Shown here: positions 13,258-25,012 of the stretch, in pieces | How the letters are laid out: each line of letters opens with the position of its first letter | Numbering within the stretch: position 1 is the stretch's first letter | Assembly: GCA_030704615.1 (NCBI GenBank) | Contig: CM060733.1 | Location: forward strand, 27,776,001 to 27,840,000 | DNA length: 64,000 nucleotides | Direction: 5' to 3' | DNA from: Takakia lepidozioides | Lineage: Eukaryota > Plantae > Bryophyta | Program-made: the position numbers and the translations under genes | Notes under the pieces: generated by a model | Seen by the model: the letters and a program-made list of their open reading frames with translations, nothing else | What the model was told of the DNA's origin: nothing | Database searches by the model: none

Positions 13258-16200
13258 ATGGCTGATTGTTATTTGTTCCCTGGAGAGGCTACTATTCCAT
13301 TTGATCACTTGAAAAGGGATGGCGAACGAGTTCGCTTTTGGTACACTGAGCATGAGCATGCTACAATGATCGCGTACTGCCACACCAGGTGTAGAGAGGC
13401 CAAGGTGGAGGGAGCAAAGGGCCGGCCTAAGTTCAAATGTCCTTATTGTGGGGCAGTAAAGGTAGATAAGAGCAGATTGAATCGGCATATTGTCGATGGA
13501 ACGGCCGCATGTATGGCCAGACCGAAAGGAACAAAACCGTTTCCTGATGCGGAGCTCAAGCATGCCATGGCTGTTGAAAATGTGATGAATTCTGTTCCAG
13601 CTTCTTCTGTTGATGCATATCATGCATGGATTCTGCAAAATAGGGTGGCTTTGGGTGAGATTGCAGATCCTATTGAAGTGCCTGCTGTTGTACCTTCTTC
13701 GGCTATTTCTGCTACAGAGGTTCCATCTTCTAGTGCTCCTGCTGTTTCTGTCCCTGGTCCTTCTATTCGGCAGGTTTCTAACGAGAGAGACAAGCGGCGA
13801 TTGAGCCCGCCTCTACCTGTCCCTATTGCAAAGAAAATCAACATTGGAAACCGGGGAAACCGGAGCTCAAGGTTCATCTTGCGAAAGAGAACTCCAGGCT
13901 CAATCCTTCTGCTACCGCATGGCCTTATTCCTCAGTTCCCATTTGAATGTCAATGAGAAGGGGTTTTGGCCGGCATTCCAAGAATTTGTTGCGCGAGGCG
14001 AGGGCGCAGTCCATGCGACAGCTGCAAAATCAAGTTGGGTTCTATCGACAGACAATCAAGTTGGATTCCCTGCCATTTCTCTGTTTTTCAAATTTTGGGC
14101 TGTTGTCTATCCATGTAACCCCTTGTGTTACCCCCCCTGTCTCTCCTGTGGCGTGTAACCCAGAGTGTAACCCACCTACAGAGGACCCCTTTTAAAAACC
14201 CCTATGGTGTGTAACCCACCTCTGTGTAACCCCGTGTAGCCCATCTTGTTTGTAACCCATTTTCATGTGTAACCCCTCGTGCTGTAACCTTTTTCTCTGG
14301 TGTAACCCCTCACGCTGTATTGCGCAGGGAGCTCGATATCATCTTAGAAGCGATGATATGGACAGTGTTGTTGCTGCCCACAAGGCGTTTACTGCCCAGC
14401 CGGATCATGGTCCGTTAATGATAGAGGAATTGAATCGGGTGAAGGAGTATTTAGAGAGCATTGGGCATCCTGACATGCCAAAGCAGAAAAAGAAAAAAGG
14501 TGGGAGACTTACACGAGTCCATCGAGAGAGCCAAGCCTCACATGATGATGACACGATGGACGAACTAGCTGTTGGCAATACCGACCTTGACGATGCCAGA
14601 ACTTCAAATCCTCTTGTCATCACTATTACTGTAGATGGAATCAAAGGTTTGGTTGTTCCACATCCGTTGGAATTCACTCGTGGTTTTGCCGAAGGATTGA
14701 TCAGTCAAATGGAGAATCTCACCAAACCGCACATTGGACCGCCACCACTCCTTTTGAGAATTCTAGCCCACAACGATGTAAGAAATCATGGCAGGTCAGT
14801 TTCCCAAACGCATCCCAGGTTGGGGTTCACGACTGAACTTCTGGAAAGTGCTCTTACGGCCTCAAAGGTGAAGGACCTGGTCGATGAGTATTACGGCTTT
14901 AGTCTGATGTACTTTGCACAACCTGGTGACGGAATTGCGACCTTGGATTCTGAGCTCGAAGACTTAAGATCGAGTTTGAGTACAGAAGAGTGGGGTGACC
15001 GGTCAATTAAGATCAACGGAGCTATACAGTTTTGCAAGGCAAGCCGTCGTCGCGCCGCCCATCACTTTGCGATCCAACAGAGAGAATCGTTTATCCAGCT
15101 TTGGTGTTGTGGCCTCTTCAGCGAATCACCAACAGAAATGGACTTCAATGCGCGTTTGGGCATCCAGTATATGAGAGACCTTGGGTCTGTAGTGCCTTGG
15201 TATCTCTGTAAGTGTTACTCCATCCACTGTCACCCCTCTCGTCGTGTAACCCCTTTGTGTGTAATCTTGTAATCATTGTAACCCTCGCTATGTGGAACCT
15301 TGTAACTCAGTGTAACCCTCGTTGTGTGTAACCCTGTAATCAGTGTAACCCTCGCTGTGTGTAAATCAGTGTAACCCTCGGAGTATGTAACCCTGTAATC
15401 AGTGTACCCCTAATGGTACCCCTCGCTGTGTTACCCTAGATTTGTTACCCTCTCGTTGTGTAATCTCAGTAGTGTAACCCATGGTAGTGTAACCCATTGC
15501 AAACTACTGTCTCTAACAGGGTGGTGTAACCCATATCGTGTAATCCGAACCACTGTCTTGTCCTAGTCAGTGTAACCCTTACATAGTGTAACCCTTGCAC
15601 TTTCAAAAACCTCGTTCCACGACTAAAAACCTTTGTCTTTTCCCCGATGCAGATGAGTCCGAGCTCATGACCAATCAAGTCGCCAATGCGTTCAAAAACC
15701 TTTTTGAGGCTCAACGTGAGCTTCACGAAGTTGTGTATGGGGCCCCTCCACAATGCGATACAGGGGGCGTAGGGGGCGCGCAGACGAGCGATGGGCCAAT
15801 TTCCGCCCCGCAGAGCGACGATGTACATGACGAGGACATCATTCCAAGTCAATCTGCCGTTGTATCTTTGTCGCAGGTTGGTGAATTGTACTCAACCCAG
15901 CTGCACTTAGGGGTGAACCTAGCAGACTTGACGCGGGATTTGCCCATGATTTCTGATACTGATACTGAAGATGATACATCAAGGTGGAACACCCAAGTGC
16001 GAACCTCTTTGTCCGCAGCCCCAGTCATTTCTTTTGAAGGTCTTAATCGAAGAATCGGGGACCCGCTTGACCCAGAGTCTGTGTATGACTTTGAATCTGG
16101 AGATGCTGGGTTGAACCCTCGATGCAGCAATGTAAGTATTTGTCAGGATCATGTGGTCAACCTCTCTCAGAATGACCCAGCCTTCGTGGGTCCCATTGAT

Positions 16201-18612
16201 GCGCAGGGTGACTCTGCAAGGGGAGGATGCCCTGAAACCGAGGGTTACACTGCACCTGAGGGTGACACTGTGCAGAGAGGAGCAACAGGGAAGGAGGGTT
16301 ACACTGCACCTCAGGGTGACACTGTGCAGAGAGGAGCAACAGGGAAGGAGGGTTACACTGCACCTCAGGGTGACACTGTGCAGAGAGGAGCAACAGGGAA
16401 GGAGGGTTACACTGCACCTCAAGGTGACACTACGGATACCGGTGTGGCTGACAATGTCGTGAGGGACATTGTCGTGGGTGACACACCATTGCCCGTGAAC
16501 ACTGCAACTTCCGTTGAGAGTGACATTGACATGGGTTACACTGATAGGGGTGACACCCCACAGCCAACCCACATGGTAGATGTCAGTGAGTGTAACACTG
16601 TCATGGATGACATTCCACTACCACTAGTCGTGGAAGGTGACACTCCTTTGCCACGGCCACTAGTCGCGACGGATGACGGTCTTCTGCTAGTCAACATGGT
16701 CTTGGAGGGTGCGGAGAAGGGTGGTACAAGGGTGACACACATAAGATTGTTACTCAGCAGAGTGACACTAGGAAGGAACCCGATGAGAAGGGTGACACTG
16801 CGAAGAGTGACACTGATAATGCGGCCAAAGAGAAGGGTGACACTGAGAAGGTAGCCGGAGAGAAGGGCGACACTGAGATGCGTGACTCTGAGGAGGTAGC
16901 TGAAGAGAAGGGTGACACTAAGAAGAGTGACACTGAGGAGGTAGCCGAAGAGAAGGGTGACATTGAGAAGGAAGCCGAAGAGAAGGGTGACACTGAGAAT
17001 CGTGACACTGAGGAGGTAGCCGAAGAGAAGGGTGACACTAAGAAGCGTGACAAGGGGTTTGAACAGAAGGGTTACACTGACAGGGGTAGCACCGAGGAGG
17101 TGAGCTGTGACACTTCTGCCCTTGGTCAATCACCTCCCCAGCACGTCTCAGACGAGGGAGTGCAGTCTTCAGCACTTGCAGCAAACTCAGAACAAGGCAC
17201 CTCTGGCTCAGAAATTCCCCCTACCGGCGGCATTGTCAGGGTTGCAGAGAATCCCAGGAGGTCAAAACGGCCGCCTGCTCAAAGAAAGCGGTTGGCTGAA
17301 CCCCCTAGCGCTGACAAAGAAGTATCTGTTCTTGTCGCACCCAAAAAACAGCGAACCAAACCGAAAGGCAAAAGTGCAGGGGTCTCGGAGGTTGACGTTG
17401 TCCAGCAGCAAGAGGTCCTTGCCAAGCACTTGCGGGAGCGTTCGAGGTACCTCATTGTACTTTGATCCTCTCTGATTTTGAATATTGATTATAACTCTTG
17501 TATGATGCATCGTAATGTTCGTAATGTGCGTTTGTTGTGCAGACTAAAACAACGGTACTTGACAAAGTTCAGAATGGTGTCGGACCCTCCTGGGGCGCCC
17601 GAAGTGAAGTTTTATTATGGCGATGCCTTCCTGGCTTCTAGTCCGTTACAGTTTTACTTGGAAGAGACAGATTTTGAGCCGATGTATAAAATAAGAGCAA
17701 CTGTCACAGATGCATTGCTCTCGGGTTACAACAAACTTCTGGAGGCCAAATTGTTTAAGGCTATCGCACCTGAGTTTGTCATCTGTGCTCCTTTCAATGG
17801 CATGTCATGCGTACCAATGGTAACGATCTGCAGACGCTATTCGGGTTGGTGCAAGAATGGTACACTCAGGATGCCCGAGGGATGGTGTTCACAAAGAATC
17901 GAGATCTTGTGGACGTGGTTGTCATCCCTATTGTCTTCGAGTAAGTAATTTCAGCATTGACTGAGCATGTTGGGTTACACTCCTCTATTCTAGACTGAGT
18001 TGCACTAGTGACTGCTGACTAGTTGTGTAACACCGTTTAGAGTTACAGTACAAAGGGTTACACTACTGGGTTACACCACAGCCGGTTACACCACAATGGG
18101 TTTCATTGGAGATGTTTTTTTCTATTCTGACGTAACGGCTTTGTTTGTGTTGCAGTGATCACTGGAGTGTTGCTGTTTTAGAGCGCCGAGGTCGGATAGT
18201 ACATTTGGACTCCCATAAAACCATTGCCCGACCCAAACTCATTGAAGGAATTTTGCGAAATTTTGCCATAGCGTTCTTTGATTTCATGCCTGGATCTGAT
18301 GACTTCAGTTACGTCATGGAGAGGATGGAATGGTTTGAGGCCAGTGTCCCCCAACAACGGAGCTGTTGGGAGTGCGGCTATTATGCACTTTGTTTTGTGC
18401 AATTTTACTTGGAGTGGAAGTTCAATGTGAAAACCACAGAAGATCGAACCCGTCATAGGCGGGCGTTTACTGCAAGTTGGTTCAACGAGTCAACCATGAT
18501 AGCTTCCCGTACTCATATGATTAGTTGGCTAACGTGGGGTTACACTTATGGGTTACATACCTGGCTATGTCAGGGTCACGTTGCTGAAACAGTATACTTT
18601 CGTGGCATGTAA
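13258..18612 (+). CDS. MULE cargo gene: N-terminal C2H2/BED-like zinc finger, unknown middle domain, acidic repeat linker and C-terminal Ulp1/C48 SUMO-type protease (~1440 aa after repairing 3 single-base frameshifts)
   Basis: Exons 13258-14059, 14328-15207, 15653-17446, 17543-17940, 18156-18612, all GT-AG and phase-consistent. Zinc finger FKCPYC-x12-H-x7-C. Protease motifs VVIPIVFDDHWSVAV..HLDS..PQQRSCWECG (His-Asp-Cys with oxyanion Gln). Frameshifts near 13835, 16679 and 17793. Confidence 0.8.
16240..17080 (+). repeat. Coding tandem repeats: 54-nt unit (EGYTAPQGDTVQRGATGK x~3.5) and EEVAEEKGDT-type units
   Basis: Units start at 16240, 16294, 16348 and 16402, and are built from ggttacact/ggtgacact. 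Confidence 0.9.
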
Positions 18613-19661
18613 CCCCACCTCGACTATGCGCATTTGTTTTATTTTTTATTTTTTTCGCACTGAAGTGTTTGTGCACTGAAGTTCTCAGATTTATACTACA
18701 TGGGGTTACATACATGAGGGCTATGTACAATGGGTTACATACGATGGGGTCACAATAGTGTGGGGGTAACATCTGGTCGGGCTACATACTTCTTGGAGTT
18801 ACAACACTCTGGGTTACACTCACTCAAGAGGGTTACACAGTTCTAAGTTACACTGTGCACAATGAAAGTGGGCAGGGTTGCCTATACAAGGGCTACGTGT
18901 CGTGGGGATACATAAGATGGGGTGATGTAGCATCGGGGTTTATAGCGTGCACCCCAAATTGTACAATGGGTTACATGCGATGGGGTGACATCAATGGGGG
19001 TTACATGTGGTCGGGATACATACTTCTTGGGGTTACACAACAACAAGTTACACTCCGGAGGGCTACACTGGTCCATAACATAGGTTGAACGGAATGATTA
19101 TCTATCTCATGGATTACACGTCCATGGGTTACACACAAATTGGGTTACACATAGAGGGGTTACACATACAGGGGCTAGTGTTGGTGACTAAAGGTGCTCG
19201 ACTTCAACATCTTCCCACTCTGTATTGAAGGGTCATGTAACCCCGGCAGACTAACCCAGACCCTGTAGTCACATTGTAGTCACATTGTTCTCAGAGTTAC
19301 ACCACTGACAGCAATATTCTATGGGGTTACATACTGGGTTACACTGTTGATAGTTACATTGCAGTTACACTTGGAGTTACACCACAATGAGTTACACTGA
19401 AGAGGTTCACACTCATCTGTGTTACACTGTGTGGAGTACCACAGATGCAAGTTACACTAAGTAGAGCTATGTTACGTTATGAAACCCCAGACAGTGTAAC
19501 CCTGCGGTGTGTCACCCCGGCCCATGGGTGTCCCATTGAGTGGGTTACATAGGTTGAATGTGGATGGAATGGCAAAGTGAATAACAACCCATGAACAGAC
19601 ATGTACTTCATATTAAACTTGGTGATCACAAAGTAAGTGTCATTGCCAATGGACTCAATGG

Positions 19662-22600
19662 TCACTTACTACGGAACCGGTCTACAAAATCTACTTTCCT
19701 GGCAAGGGACATGTTGTTTCCATCATCATTTTTTATGAATGGAACTGCTTGAAGAGGGTGCAACAGACCTTTGTCGATTCTAACTTGTAAAGTGGACAGC
19801 CTCCCACGAACACAACGAAGCTCGGCAAGCAAATGTTTGCGCATTGTTTCACTCTCATTGCCAAGAAGCGACAGGGACTTCATCTCAGATTCAATTGATG
19901 AAACATCCGATGGCTCCTGCCGACCACGCCGGGATGATGCTGAGCACTCCGTAGGCTCTGCTAGATTCACAACTTCCTCCTCTGCATCAATATCTGGAAG
20001 TTCCGATTTCATCAACATGTGAAGACCTCCATGAATGGTCCCGAGCTTTGTGCCACAGAGCTTCACAATAAGCCCTTCCTTCAGATTTGGCTTCATCAAT
20101 TGAAGAACGCGGATTTGATGTTTGCACAAGTTACCCTTCAAAGCCCATGGACAATCGCAACAAGCCCAGGTGGTCGCAGGTGCATAGATTGTGTAGCTTC
20201 GACCGGCCGTTTGAACACTATCCACAATCGCCGGATGACCAGGAACAGTGGGCAAATGAACATTGACATCAGGGATCTCCCTTGCAGTCCAAACAGCATT
20301 ACTGATAAATTCCTCCTGTCGTACATTCCTTTTGAAGCCTTTCGATTTCAAGTTATCTCTATACCAATAGTGGGTTAGAACAGGACCCACGAGTTCGCTG
20401 ATCAGCCAATCGATTCTCCTGCCATCAAGCCTTTGCTTTCCCGAGCGTAAACGAGCCTTCAAATTTCCGTGCCAAGATTCAATTGCGGCATTAGTATCCT
20501 GACTTGCGTGGGGAATATAACGAGCCCCCGTGATCCACATGCTCAGTTTTGGGACCCATTCCATTCTGATGTAACGTAGGAAGTCACGCGCAAGCGGATA
20601 GGAATAATTCAAATCTTCCAGTCGCTCCAGCGCCCACTCTTCTGGGGTGACTCCCACACAGGCGTTAATGCCGTACATTACGTCGCCAAGCTGTTTCAAA
20701 ACAGCATTGCGAGTGTATGGATCGGGCATCTTACGCCACGAATGTTTCAGCCAAGCGCGGCGAACATGCCAAAGGCATAGAAATATTGCTACGTCCCCAA
20801 ACGATTCCCTGCACGCACACACATCAAATGCCACCCAATCCATCAGTGTAACTCTTGTCAGTGTAACTCTTATCAGAGGAACTCTTCGCAGTGTAACTCG
20901 TAGAAGTGTAACTCTTCAAAGTGTCACTCTTAGTAGTGTGACTCATGTAACCCCTCGTGCATCTGGTCATGTAACTATCAGTGAAACTCACAGCAGTGTA
21001 ACCCAACACATATAACCCCTCGCAGCGCTGTAACGCAATCCATGTTACACCGTGTAACTCTCAGAGCGACCCAACCCATACAACCCTCTGCGATGCTCCC
21101 AGTGTAACTCACATGCTATAGCAGTGCAACCTAATCCATGTAGGACTGCGGATGACACGCCGTGTAACTCCCAGTGTAACTCGCAGTGTAACCCTCTGTC
21201 TACCTCATAGCAGTGTAACCCTCGGTCTAACTCACAGTAGTGTAACCCTCGGTCTAACTCACAGCAGTGTAACCCTCCGTCCAACTCAAGGCAGTATAAC
21301 CATCTGTCTAACTGATAGTGTAACCCTCAGTGTAATAGACAGCACTGCAACCCAATCCATGTAACCCCTCGAGCAACTGACAGTGTAACTCCAAGTGTTA
21401 CAGGCAGCAATGCACCCCCTCGTGTAACTGGCAGTTTAACTCTTACTGTGATTCTCAGTGTAACTAGCAGCAGTGTAGCCCGATCCATGAAACCCCTCGT
21501 GCATGCAACTTGTAGTGTGACTCAGAACATTGTAACTTCTAGCCGTGTACCTGATAGCATTGATTTCTGCGTCTGCATCGTCGACAACAAAAGCATTTGG
21601 CCTCCAATCTGGTTTGCTCTGAAGAAGTCGGTCGCGAAGACGTTTCATCCAGGGGCTCAAGTCAGTCGTTTTGTTTCTCGCTGATATAATATAAGCAACA
21701 GGTATGCCGTTGAGCCATTCGTCGAACACCATCATGGTATACATTGGGAACTGCAATGTCGCAATGGTACAAAAATGAATAAGGTGAGCGTTATAATATT
21801 GGCAACAGTTGCATGGCACTCACATTTCAGAATGCAATGAAAGGTAAAGCGTGACACGAATACCTTATTTTCGTTGGTCCCAAATGTTGCATCGCAGGAT
21901 ACCACACGGTTGTGTCCCAGGTCGATCATTTTCTGTTTTTGCCACTCCGTTTGTATTCCAATTACGAACTTCAAATCACCCGCCACTGGCGCTGTCTCTT
22001 CATGGTAGAAGAAGACGCTTTCAGGATTGCTATCGACCCACATACGTACACTTTGTGCATCATCTGGATGTTTTTTGTAACTCTCAATCGCAAGCTTGTG
22101 GCAATGTTTCTCACGTCGTACTCGAACAAGAAACAATCGCGACTCCACTCCATGCCTGGCTGAGATGCACAAGCTTCCTGGAGTTGTTGAGTGTGTTGTG
22201 TCATAATCATAGCTGGAGATAGGCCACTGCGAAGACTATCGACGATCCACTGTTTCATATCTTGGTTGAGACGAGGGGCATGCACGAATCGCGAGAAATG
22301 GGAAGAGGGGTCAGCTGAACCATGACATGGCTTTCCTTTTGCATCCACATGCTTTCTGGAAGTATGTGATGATTGCCAACTCTGAATCTAGAAAACACTG
22401 GCCAACTTTGAAGCTACACGTACACCCACGTTTGTATGACTCTCCGAAATCCGCTGCCTTACGTCTGATTCGCTTGACTGCTGTTTGATTATCGGAGGCT
22501 GCTATCGGTTTTTTTTCTTCTTCAATCGGCGGGTCCGTGCGTCTATCTATCGGGCCGTAGCAGCAGTGGTACCTGCAAAAAAAGCATATAAAGCGAGGAG

Positions 22601-23056
22601 GGTTATCGCCATATACGACTTTGCTAGACTAGCAGAAAGAAGTGGGGCTGGGAATGTTATACAACCCTCATAAGTGACTTATTTATGCCACTGACGATAA
22701 CTGTTCGCACGCGGTGTTGTCAAATCTGGCAACTCACGGTACCTTCGATCTTGAACATAAAATTGGGTCTTCCCATCCACTCTACTCCTTTCTCCCTCCA
22801 GAAAGTCAGGAATGCGAGACCATGGAACGACAGCTACTTCGATGGATATCCGTTTCCCTTTTCCCTGGGAAACCTGGCGTATCCAACGGAGGTTTGTGTG
22901 ATTGAAAAGCCCGTCTATGGGCAGCTGTAGGATGCATTTCAAATGAGATACCAAATGCTGCAAATGACAGAGTTCTCCCGCCTCATCTTTCAAACCATTT
23001 GATTCCAATGCTGCTTTGCGTTCCTCGTCTAGCACCTTCGCGGCAGCACATGCCAT
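19662..23056 (-). CDS. MuDR/MULE DDE transposase with N-terminal WRKY-GCM1-like domain and C-terminal SWIM zinc finger (~810 aa repaired)
   Basis: Exons ~23056-22683, 22572-21864, 21750-21551, 20808-19662. Motifs YHCCYG..KRGCTCSF..H..CHG, SCDATFGTN (D), VVDDADAE (D), CLWH, TNAAIESWH (E), CDCPWALKGNLCKH (SWIM). Frameshifts near 22354 and 22100; the first donor reads ATAAGT. Confidence 0.92.
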
Positions 23057-23269
23057 TAGCAGCAACAGTACCACTAGTACAGTACAAATCGCATAACACA
23101 CGCAGCGGAGCCCTCGGGACTGCACGTCGTCTACGCACCTGGTGAAAATGACGAGCGATGATGGAGTTACACGTGGGTTTTGATGTCACCGAATCGTGTA
23201 ACCCAGGTTTGAATTCAAAATATCTGACACCTCTTGGAGCCCGCCAATTTTTGCCGGGCACTAAGGGGC

Positions 23270-25012
23270 TACACGAACAGGGGTGACATGCGTTGGGGAT
23301 AAAGGATCCGGGGTGACACGAGCTATGAGTGACACAATCGGGGGTTACACGGGGGGGATTGATACAGTATCGGGGTTACATGGTGGGGTTACAATGTGAG
23401 AGTTGCACAATGAGGGTTACATGAGGCGGAGCTAAAGCGCTGACGTGCAGAGGGTTACAGGGATATTGGGTTACGAGGAACTGGAGTTACACGGAGAGGG
23501 GTATATGGGATAACATGATACAAGCTTACATTGGGGTTCACGATGCAGGATAACATGGAGTGAGGGTTACACCTCGCGGAGTAACAGAGGGTTACATGGG
23601 TTACAAAGGGTTACAGAGGGTCATGGGGTTACATGGGTTACAGAGGGTGACATAGGGTTACATGGGAGGGTTACATGGAGTGAGGGTTACACTCAGCGGT
23701 GTTACAGAGGGATAAACGGGTTACGGAGGGTTACACCTGGTGAGGGTTACAGAGAGTCACAGAGGGTCACATAGGGTTACATGGAGTGAGGTTACACAGG
23801 GATGAGGGTGACACTCTACTGTGTTACTGAGGGTTACTGAGGGTTACATGGTGGTGAAGGTTACACCTGGTGAGGGTTATAGAGGGTCACAGATGGTTAC
23901 ATGGGTTATAAAGGGTCAGAGAGGGTTACATGGAGTGAGGGTTACATGGGGTTACATGGGTTACACAGGGTCACAGAGGGTTACACGAGTTACGCATGGT
24001 CACAGAGGATTACATGGGTTACAAGGAGTGAGGGATGCATAGGGATGGGGGTGACACTCTGCGGTGTTACAGAGGGTTACATGGTGGTAAGGGTTACACC
24101 TAGTGAGGGATATAGAGGGTCACAGATGGTTACATGGGTTATAGAGAGTTACAGAGGGTCAGAGAGGGTTACATGGAGTGAGGATTACATAGGGGTGAGG
24201 GTGACACTCTGCGGTGTTACAGAGGGTTACAAAGGGTCACAGAGGGTTACATGGGTTACAGAGGGTTACATAAGGGGTGAGGACGACACTCTACGGTGTT
24301 ACAGAGGGTTACATAGGTTACAGAGCCACAGAGGGTTTGTGAGGGTTACATGGAGTGAGGGTTACATGGTGGCGAGGGTGACACTCTGCGGTGTTACAGA
24401 GGGTTACATGGAGGTAAGGGTTACACCTGGTGAGGGATATAGAGGGTCACAGAGGGTTACATGGAGTGAGGGTTACATGGTGGTGAGGGTTACAGAGGGT
24501 CAGAGAGGGTTACATGGAATGAGGGTTACATACGGGTGAGGGTGACACTCTGCGGTGTTACAGAGGGTTACATGGTGGTGAGGGTTACAAAGGGTCACAG
24601 AGGATTACATGGGTTACAGAGGGTTACATGGAGTGAGGGTTACATAAGGGGTGAGGGCGACACTCTGCGGTGTTACAGAGGGTTACAGAGGGTTACATGG
24701 GTTGCAAAGTGTTACAGAGGGTTACATGTAGTGAGGGTTACATAGGGGTGGGGGTGACACTCTGCGGTGTTATAGAGGGTTACATGGGTTACAGAGGGTT
24801 ACATGTAGTGAGGGTTACATAGGGGTGGGGGTGACACTCTGCGGTGTTATAGAGGGTTACATGGGTTACAGAGGGTTACATGGTGGTGAGGGTTACAGAG
24901 GGTCATGGGTTATATGGGTTACAGAGGGTTACATGGTAATGTGGGTTACACTCGGCGGAGTTACAGAGGGTTACATGGGGGTGATGGTTGAACCCGGGGC
25001 GGGGGTTACAGG
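23270..25012 (-). repeat. Right subterminal GGGTTACA array, inverted relative to the left array
   Basis: Reverse complement of the left-arm units, with ordered inverted correspondence over roughly the outer 1 kb. Confidence 0.95.
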
